The notes below the pieces were generated by a model. It worked only from the letters and a program-made list of their open reading frames with translations. It did no database searches and was not told the origin of the DNA. Shown piece by piece: positions 34,480 to 43,800 of a stretch of 64,000 bases of DNA (position 1 is its first letter; the number at the start of each line of letters is the position of its first letter). This stretch comes from Phoronis australis. Taxonomy: Eukaryota; Animalia; Phoronida. The DNA lies in assembly GCA_002633005.1 (NCBI GenBank), contig NMRA01000438.1:1-64000 (forward strand), in the 5' to 3' direction. Both the position numbers and the translations under genes were made by a program.

Positions 34480-37401
34480 CTGAGAAATAACAAAGCCATG
34501 ATACCAAACCTGGTCATCACCTTCATCAAACTTGTGCCGAACATTTTTGCCAACCAGGAAATTTGATGATGTTGGCTGCGCTGCTGACTTTGACTGCTTT
34601 ATCAAGGTTTTAACGTTCTGTGCCAGTTCCTCAGGCGACAAATTAACTCGACGTGTATTCTCCAGCTTTGTAAATCGATATGTTGTGGGGTCAGCAAGCT
34701 GATTCAGGACATACTTTCGAAAGTTCAACTGGGCTTTCAAAGCACTGGTCTTGTTTTTGATGGTTTTCAACCTTTTCAGTCGTGTTTCTACCTCTTCTTC
34801 TGTCTGCCACAGTCCCCAAACAATCATCTCACTAGTGAATTCCTCCAGCTGACGTAACTTCTTTGCTCTTGTCTCCTCCTTCTTTCTCTCTCTCTCTTCC
34901 ATTATCTCTCTTCTCCTTCTTCTGATTTCATACTCCCTCCTCTTGAACAGCTGCCTTGTTGCCCTCACGCGGCTACTGGCTCCATCAAAAAGTTTTGCTT
35001 TCTCAGCATCAGACTTGGTGTGCAACCACTGGTGGGTCTTGTTGTGGCAGTACATGACGTAGCTTTCTGCGCACAGGGTACTAACAGCCGGCATTTCCCT
35101 CAGAATTCGGTCAAAATGACCAAACACAGATTCCGAGTATTTATTATGCTTGGGTAGGCCGACTGTCTTCCTCCGGAGGTCTTCGAATTCATCGTCAGGC
35201 AGTGTGCACCACTTCCCACCTTGAAGGTGGTCGGCAAACAATCGCTGCACAACTGCCGATAAGGCTGGCAACATACATTCTAAAATCACCTGCACCTTGT
35301 CATCATGTTCCCATGATGTTACGAGACTGGCGAAGATAGGGCTGGTCTCTAGAGAGCGCTGGCTACAAAATGACATGACCAAATCTCCCAGCATAAAATC
35401 TTCCACCCTGGTGCTACACTGATAGATGAAATTCAGCACTTCCTCATAGTATGTCGAGGCATCTAGAATGTGTATACGTTTATCTTCAATGATGGTCCAG
35501 AGGGGAGAGGTGATTAGATGACAGATGAGACCAAGCGCTTTGCAGCCTGCCAGATACTCAGGAATATGAAGGTCAAACTTCACTGCTTGAAGAAGTCCAT
35601 TTGAGTCGTTGGTAGAGAGATAATTTTTGAGATATTCAGAAAGGAAGAATAGTGCAGCGGCATTGGAGAAAAGAATGTTGAAACGGTTTCCACGGTACGG
35701 TTCTATAGGCAAAGACCGAAAGCCATGGTTGGTCAGAAAATCTTGAGCAAAGACAGTAAACTCGTAGTGACAACCATTCTTCTCGTCAGCTCCTCTTGCG
35801 ATGGCCTTTGATGCTGTTCGAATGAGCCGTGATGTGCCAGATTCGGACGACCTCAAGAAAGATGAGTTGAAAATGGGAAGTGATTCACCAAAGAAACCTT
35901 TCTGGATTTCAAGTAAAGATGAAGATGCCGCCTCTGCCATGTGAACTAATGAGTGCAGACCACAGAAGAAATTGGAAATTTGGCTGACAGCCAACTGTTC
36001 ACTCTCATCCAGGGTTTCAAAATTTTCAATCATTTGTGGTAAGATGTCTTTGCGGTATTCAAACAGTAGTTCGTTAAATTTCATTTGAGTCGCAGCTCTA
36101 TCAGACATGGTAGCAGTGATGTTCAGCAAAAGTTTCTTTGTTGTTTGTGATGATGATGAGATTGATGCCGTTTCAATGTCTGCCAAAATTTCTTGAAATA
36201 CTTGAAGTGTGTTCTGGGACGATTTGGTGACAAGTTGGCGAAGACCAAGAGTGTACATGTCGCCAGCGACATCACTGATGTGAAACCCTTGGTACTTCTT
36301 GCCGAACTTTGATGTTTCGTCTGAAAGCAGGCCGAGAGGAAAAGATCCATCAGACTCAACAACCTCAGCAAGCTGTGACTGTGATAACAGTAGACGCATG
36401 ACATTCCAGTTGTTAATGGTCGACTTGCTGGGGAGATCGGATGCTTCCAAGCCGGCTAACTTTAAGACAGATGAGATCACATGAGGAATGTTTCCAGATG
36501 ATACATTTTCTTGCAATAAACTAAATACACATTCATTCATTTGGGTGCTGAACTGTCTCCCAGTTTTTGTGGTTACTATGTTGGTACCCTGGTTATTGGC
36601 TACTTCAGTTATCCATTCGATCTCCTGTTTGCTCTGATCCAGTTCTTGTTGCATTGCTTCAAGTGCTTTGTTATTGTCCTCCAACAACTTCTCTGTCTTT
36701 TCTTTTTGCTTCTCAATCTTTCTACGATTTTTTTTCTCCCTTTCATTCAAATACTGCACCTGACTTGATTTGCGTTTCAGTTTCTTACGATTACGTTGCG
36801 CCTGACTTTTCAAGTGTCTAACTTCTCTAGCTTTCTGGTGGTATTTCACTTTGAATGATTTTGGAGTTTGAGTTTCAAGTTCTTGGACTTTTCTTTTAGT
36901 TTCATGAAGTTCACATGCCAGATCATCAATTACACGCTGAAGTTCTGATGGCTGCAAAGTTGAGACGTGCGATGGCGTGGAGCGACCAGACGATGATGGA
37001 GAACGGGACGATTGTCGAGATGTACCCGGAGTTGAGGTACCAGATGACTTTGCAGAGACATCACGAGAAAAGGACAGAGTGGGTGTCCGAGAGACACTCC
37101 GAGACCTCGATGGCTGAGGGGTTGTCTCCAGTGATGTTGATGGCTGTGGAGTTATCTGACGAGGAGTCTGAGGGTGTTTTGGAATGTGAAAGTCTTTTTT
37201 GTTGAACTTTTTCAGATTCGCAAGTCCTTTTTTGTACCTGGAACTCTTGTTCAGCTTTGCAAATGTTGCGTAAACATCCTTTATGTTTGTAGCAAGCTCT
37301 TCTTTATTCACATTATCATGTTTATGAGCAATAGCATTAACAGTATCTGCAATACTGAATTTATTCTTTCGATAAATTGCAAGTACGTCCTTGATTTTCA
37401 T
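34480..37401 (-). CDS. DDE transposase coding exon 1 (974 codons; spliced product 1010 aa)
   Basis: 977-aa ORF with an S/T/P-rich linker and a coiled coil, then LLSDETSK (D361), MSDRAA (D434), FCGLH (CxxH), RGNRF and NKYSESVFG (E757). This is the DD..CxxH..E layout with a long insertion domain typical of the hAT/P/MULE/Kolobok group. Superfamily not assigned. Confidence 0.88.
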
Positions 37402-37782
37402 GGTTCAGGGTTAACTGCAAGAAATAAGAAGCAATGCAAGAAGCAGGAACAGACACCACAAAGGAACAAAAAGCGACAAAAGCAAGATTGTTAAGCATAG
37501 TGCTAACAGGTTATGCAGCACATGAAAATATAGTGTTAATAAACAAACACACCACAAAAGAAGACTGAGCAAGCATTTAAAGACCCACAAAAGCATATTA
37601 GTTGCCGAAACATGTAACATGGTTTAGAATGTCTTTCAGACAGTCATTGTTAAGTGTTAAAACAGGAAAAGCATGAAAGCGTTAAGCTAAATTCACTGTC
37701 AACCAAAGCTGTAGCAAACTCACCACACAACGTAATCTTGGTTCACAGTGAGGATTCTGAAAATAGAATAAGATACGTAATG

Positions 37783-38365
37783 TTTACCTCTGAACATTGA
37801 AGGCGAGGAATGAAATAAACATAAACATAAACTTTGATGAAAGTGTCAGTAATTTACTCACCACAGCAATTACCTCAGAACATTGAAGGAGATCGAGGAA
37901 CGAATTGAATCCAAACCGTAATGAAAGTTTTAGCAAGTTACTCACCATAGTAAATAACAATAAACACTACCACAGTGCAACAAAGGCATCAACATCAACA
38001 TGGAATCTGAAATAAAATTATATCTACATCATTGGAAATTTAAAAGTGACTGTTGTTCGGTTGTTTACTATAGAACACTAAAAGTGAAAATGAAATCAAC
38101 AGATAACTGAAGGTGGACAAAAGGGTGGGCCAAAGAGCTCGCACCCCCACAAGCAATGTTCCAAATATGTCATTTTTAGCAAAAGGCAACTATTTTATAT
38201 GTAAAACCTGCATTTAATTTTGAAATTTGTGGTTGGCCTCCTGCAACATTTTTGATCAACCACGTATAGCTGTGATGACACTTTGGAAATTACTCACCAT
38301 AGTAAATAAAAATAAACAGCATCATACAACACCATCATCACTGTCAACAGAACATGGAACCTGAA
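37783..38365 (-). repeat. Locally duplicated segments carrying minus-strand splice donors (putative multi-exon 5' UTR of the transposase)
   Basis: ttacctcwgaacattgaagg at ~37783 and ~37870; ttactcaccayag at ~37853, ~37938 and ~38290 (GGTGAGTAA on the - strand); acatggaayctgaaaata at ~37998 and ~38352 (acceptor-like on the - strand). Confidence 0.55.
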
Positions 38366-38733
38366 AATATATGAAATAGACATTGGCAGCAACAGTGGTG
38401 CTTCAGTAGACACTGAAATTTAAACTGCACCAATTACTTGGCTTAAAGACGGGCATTAATGCAAGTAAACGCACTGATGGATAACAAGAAATAATTGCAG
38501 TCAAGAAATACTCAAGTTTAAAATTCATTAAAAATTACCGTTAAGGTGCAGGCAAACTCCTTCATGAGCAAAAGAACAAAGAAGTTAATAGTTAAAGAAA
38601 AGTGGAAGAAAAAGAAGGAACTGAACTGAATGAAAGAGAACTTATAACAATGAAACTTTCTTATTGACTCAACTGTAAATAATTAACTTTTCAATTAAAT
38701 ACAACATCATGTGGGGATGACATTGATAATGAG

Positions 38734-39171
38734 TCACTTAGAGTCAGAGGTACTGGGTATACACTGTTCTGACATAAACGCAGCACGATATTTGTTTGGC
38801 AGTGTCTTGGGTGGTGGTGGTGGCATACGGTACTTCTTCACAGACTCCCCAACAGCATCAGGAGCTGAAAAGCATCGCCTGATGGGTGGAGGGGAGAGCC
38901 AAAGAGAAGGAGGCTCAGACCGTGTGTCCATGAGATCATTCAAGTCTGTGACACAAGTATGCCTGTCTGCATCACTGACCCCTTTTGGTCTCAGATAACC
39001 CACACCCGAATATGATCCTGCTTTTCCAAATATGTAAGATGAAGATCGAGAGAGGCTAGAACCAACTGAATTTACTGATAAAATGTAAGTAGAATCAGTA
39101 GAAGCAGGAAAGTAGAAGGATCTGGACCAAGAGTTAGAAGCAGAGTCTGATGAAACAGAAATGTGAGACAT
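38734..39171 (-). CDS. Ser/Pro-rich accessory or upstream ORF within the transposon (145 aa from the ATG at 39171)
   Basis: Open frame MSHISVSSDSASNSWSRS...RMPPPPPKTLPNKYRAAF, more GC-rich than its AT-rich flanks. No recognisable domain. Confidence 0.3.
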   Translation of the reverse strand: MSHISVSSDSASNSWSRSFYFPASTDSTYILSVNSVGSSLSRSSSYIFGKAGSYSGVGYLRPKGVSDADRHTCVTDLNDLMDTRSEPPSLWLSPPPIRRCFSAPDAVGESVKKYRMPPPPPKTLPNKYRAAFMSEQCIPSTSDSK

Positions 39172-40681
39172 CTTGATAGTAAACTGATAAATAGGAGTGA
39201 AATTATAAGAACAAAAAATAACAAAGAAAATAACTGGTTTGGTCCACAGCATCTTCCAACAAAGCTTACCTGGAAGATATAGACCAGGGTGAGATGTATG
39301 AATAATCTAGCAAACCTTAATTTTTTTGTTGAAAACTATATACTTGCCTGTGGTCAGAAAAAAGTTTATCGAAAGCATGTATATTTTTATGGTAGTGGAC
39401 TACAAAGTCTTGAAAACAAAGGGCTGTAGTAGAAATATGCAATTGTAATATTTGTTTAATCTAAATTTAAAATGTTTCCATTTTGTATCTTGAAATTCTG
39501 GCTAAACTGCCTTGGCCAAGAAGGCAACATATGGGTGTGGCCCTGTCTGGCAACAAGCCAATTCAACCCAAGTCTCAGTGGCTTGACCAACAAAAATGTG
39601 AGGCAAAATAGAAAATAAAACCTAAATATGAGAATCATTATTCTTACTACCAGAAATGATTGTTTAGTTCTCTTTTACATTGTGTTTTCATCAGGAAAAG
39701 TGCTTCAGTATTGTAAAACAAACATTCAACGCGATTCGCAGGAGCACCCCTAGCGGCAGTACCCGGAACTACGAAGTGAGTCAGAAAAACGCCCGATTGT
39801 CAGAAATCGACGAAGTGCTCATTAGCAACAAGTGTTTGAAATAGTTAAGTAATGAACCCTTTAGTGCGGAATACAATTCATTATGTTCGCAAATTATGCT
39901 ATATACCAATAAATTCAGATCGAAATTGAAGGTCGCGGGAATAGGCAACTTTTTCAACTTTTAAGTGCATGAAAGTGAAAACTACTTACATAATCGTGTT
40001 CGCATGAGTTCCTTCTATAAACTCACGAAGTTTCACGTCAAAATTCGAGAGTTTAGTCTTCTCCTGGGTTGAAAACCAAATAGCAGTCATTTTTACCGGC
40101 TTCCATTTTGCTCTGAAAAATCGGTGACGTCGCTGCAAAAAACTCGTGCAAAGTATTATTAAACGGATTTTGCGATAAAAAAAGACTATCAGATAAGTAA
40201 AACAACATATTATTTCATACTTTGCGATAATTTTTATTTACATTTATTATATTTTTGAGTGATTTTTTGCCGATTGTAATGTGCGAATTTTACACGGTGA
40301 CAGATACGCGAAGCGATTTGGTGACGTATGTTGTCCTCGCTATCATAACCCCCTACCTTTCCGTTTGATCTCGAACACATGGACATTAATGGAGTTCAGT
40401 TTCAATTCTGTCAACGGAATGAAAGAGTAGTTGGAACAAGGTTTTAATTTTTATAAATATGGTGTATTTGAGACATGCTCCAGAAAGATGGAGATAAGCT
40501 CCCTCTGCCGCCGGCGTTACACTCCCCATCTGTCTCGGGCTCGGCTCAGTGGTCTAGTGACGGTCTGGCAATGTCCTGAGCAAAATGAGCAGGAAATGTT
40601 CGGTTACACTTCATCTACATAGTTTCACAGAAGTCTGTCTTTTCAAATGAGCAGAAATTTCCAAAAAAATTAACGTATTAC

Positions 40682-40732
40682 CATCCACGAATCCTCTAAA
40701 CTTTCATTGTTTACTTTACCCGTTCCCGACAT
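40682..40732 (-). CDS. C22orf39: C22orf39/UPF0545 homologue exon 1 (MSGTGKVNNESLEDSWM)
   Basis: ATG at 40732 and donor ATG|GTAATA, 51 nt, phase 0. Splicing gives DSWM|IRPCE, placing the Trp just before RPCE as recalled for this family. Total 135 aa. Not in the ORF track. Confidence 0.8.
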
Positions 40733-40851
40733 TCGGAACACCTGTTGTGTACTACGTCATGCACGAAAGTGATGACGATGGGCGCAAGGAAGCAAATAAA
40801 CTGTCAGTTGACAAACAAGCAGTCTCGTTGACGGTACAAGCGCAGGTGAGT
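40733..40851. promoter_or_regulatory. Probable bidirectional promoter with a + strand first-exon donor (CAG|GTGAGT at 40845/40846) of an unidentified divergent gene
   Basis: CpG-enriched ~110 bp with CRE half-sites, between the - strand ATG (40732) and a consensus + strand donor. Followed by >20 kb of T-rich intron-like DNA. Confidence 0.5.
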
Positions 40852-43800
40852 TTTTGTTTGTTAATTGGGTTCTGATCAACTAAAAAGTTGTCCATACGAC
40901 AGCGTCAAATTAGACAAATAATCGGTAATAATCTTCCGTGACCAACTTTAAACCAACTTCCAAGTTCAAGATTGAAAACTTGTCTTTTTTGCCCGACTGT
41001 CTAGCGACCTGTGCGATTCACACACTCGCTTCTGACGATTGACAAAGTATAGTGACTCAGTCATATCGGGCAGATTCCTTGCGTTTCTGGTACTGTTGCT
41101 TATCATAGGTTTGGGAAGGAATCCCGCACAAAGAACACCATAAAATAGCAACCAATCCGTAGAGTTTTGTTCCCGTAGGTCAGTCCGTTTCTTGATAAAT
41201 ATTATAATCTCTCAGACTCAGGACACTAGCTGATATTGCCAATGTGGGAAGAACGTACTTTCTGATGCAAAGGTCTCAAAAATGGGACCAATGGACATTC
41301 ACGTAGGATGGAAAGAACCATTTCAAAAGTTGATAACTGTTGTTTATGCCATGCCAATGGTCAACGTCCTGGTACTTACACAAACAAACCTGTCCTTGTC
41401 ACAAGAAGCCTGTCGTTTGTCATTTCTTACCAGCCTTCCCATTTATGTGTATGTCCAGGGACGTTATTGGGATGGCCGGTTTTAAAAATCGACAGCTTGG
41501 ACAACGTAGCCAAGAGAGAAAAAAGATGCCCTGTTCAAGACCAGTGGCCTCTGCAGAAGCGATGGCTAAATGAAGAATTACAACTAAGTCTGATTAATAT
41601 TTTTTGAAGTTTAATAATAGATTTATTGAAACAATTAGTTGTTTTAGTTCGATAGATATTCAGGCATAAAGCGAAATCTCAAATTATTTCCATCTATTTT
41701 TATTGTAAATGTCACACTCACAGTCAGCAAATGCTGGTAGCCATGTTTTACAGTGGATTACCTCCTTGTCCTGTGACTCGTACAGAACTCCGGCATATGA
41801 CGAGTGTGAATCTCATGAATTTGGAAAACCACTTTTGGAATCCTAGATGAGTCCCTGGGACCTCCGTCATTGAGATTTGTTGGTCCGTTGTTCCCATTGG
41901 TTTGTCCACTACTTCCCATCAAAAGGTCCATCCCATCCCATCGGCACCCCAAGCTTCACTATTATTGGTTGGTAAAGGTCTACTATCTGAACTCTACACT
42001 TGTTCCTAGAAATCCTATGACATATTATGACTTCAGTAAACTATGCAGTTTCAATTGGGGTGTTTGTACAAACTTGCATGCACTTCAACACGTTTAAAGT
42101 CTATCTTTGTTTAAACACTGTCTTGTTCAGATTAGGAATGGCTCATATCTATTTGGAGTTGCTTAAAGTTTAAGAAACTCATGTCTGACCAATAAGCTGC
42201 ATTAGCTCATTGATCTGACCCAAGTGCCCACTCCATTTCCTGAATTAATTATCAGCTGGTTTTTGAGGAACGAGCAATGGTCCTGCATGTTGATATCTGT
42301 CCTAGGTTCCGACATAATCAGTTGCAGGCTAGAAATTTGGAAATGTAAGCTGAGGTTTTGACTAACTTGCAATTAGTCACACATGCGCGACTTGGGAATT
42401 CCGAGTGTGAGTCGAGTATTTTTACGCTTCATAATCCATAACCGATATAAATGGGGGCTATTTGTGTGAATCCGGTTATTTTAAAAATTCCCTTATAGGA
42501 CCTGTTGATGACTCGCCAAATCAATTTGAAATGAATAAACACACTTGACTCCATTCCTTTTCGTTAATTTGTTTTTGGCCTGCAAACTTTCGTTAGCTGG
42601 AGATGGAACCTGAATTCTACGTAATGACATAAATGTGACTTTATGGTTTTGTCCAGATTTCATGTGATAACTGGTCACTTTGAGTTCTGTATTTGGCATT
42701 GATTTGGTTCAGGCCCCTTTCTTCTGTAAGCTATGAGTGCGTGCGTGTGGCGTGCGTGCCTGCATGGGTGTGTCCAGGAGTGCATTTGTTAGGGCCCTTC
42801 CAGCCTAAGATACGGTTGGGCTCGAATTTTTGGCAATGTGGACCTTTTCCTAAACTTTTGTCTCGTTTTCTCGCACTTTTTTTTTCTGAGGCGAACCTGT
42901 TCGCTTACTTCGCCAACTAGGGGAGCTCGTTCGAGCTCCCCGAGCCCCCTGAGTGCGCGCATGTTCAGGCCCCGTTCTCCTGTAAAATTGTTGAAAAACC
43001 TCATGAAATTGCCTTAATCGGGTCAAAAAAATTACTCCAGACCTAATGATTAAATTCCCCTCAATGTCAGAATCCCCTCTGCTAGAAACTAAGTTTGGCT
43101 TCTTTATCATAACTGATGAGGAGTGATGACGGTGGAAGGAGGAGGGTTAATTTTGAAATGTGTTTCTCGAGGAAAGCTCGGAAGCGTGTTCATCATCTAG
43201 AAAAAAAAGCTTGAATGCTGAATCATTAGCGAAAGTGGCTACTTCTATTACATAAGTCAAGATTTTTCACCACATATTCTTTGCATTTATGCAACGTGCC
43301 TCTATTGACTTGATGTGTATTGTTCTGGCACTGATTTTCAGTGATATGATTATCCTGAAGGTCTACTTGTGTTTTTCTTGTGCATCCTAGTGCTGGGATC
43401 GTTTTAGAAAAACGTGGTTTGGTGAATTGACCCATGCGGCCTCAAGTCTATGGGTCATTTTGGAGGACATGAGCCATGTTGTTTTATCCTTTTTCCTTCC
43501 TATTTTAATGGCCCCGTTAGCCAAAGCTGGGCATCAGTAACAGATATGTGAAGGAAAAGATTCCCATCATAAGTCCCGTTTAGACATCAACTTTTGGCCC
43601 GACGCAACTGACCCAGAGCAAATTGACCCGTGTCAAACGTCCGTTTACACACACAACTCACTAACCGTGGCAAGACGGAAATTGCAGGCTAGAGAGACTG
43701 GATCGCACATGCGCAGGTTTACAAATGACGAGAGTTGCGTATGAAGGTCATTCCACAAGCGTAGTAGAGATGATCCTTTCCACCTTGCCCCAGTTTCGCG

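Larger units (their letters stand above)
33022..40325 (-). mobile_element. Autonomous-looking cut-and-paste DNA transposon (~7.3 kb) in intron 1 of the C22orf39 homologue; ends tentative
   Basis: Contains an uninterrupted transposase gene. Candidate short imperfect TIRs gtcaccagat (33022-33031) and atttggtgac (40316-40325), with AT-rich subterminal regions. No unambiguous TSD found. Confidence 0.6.

Noticed and set aside
36123-37620. Short ORFs overlapping the transposase (36299, 36541, 36567, 36915, 37174 on +; 36123 and adjacent 37411 on -)
   Set aside because: Antisense or alternative-frame shadows of the long ORF and its low-complexity flank.
37402-40732. In-frame C22orf39-transposase fusion protein
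   Set aside because: Host exon 1 ends in phase 0 and the acceptor lies 13 nt before the transposase ATG, so direct splicing is out of frame.
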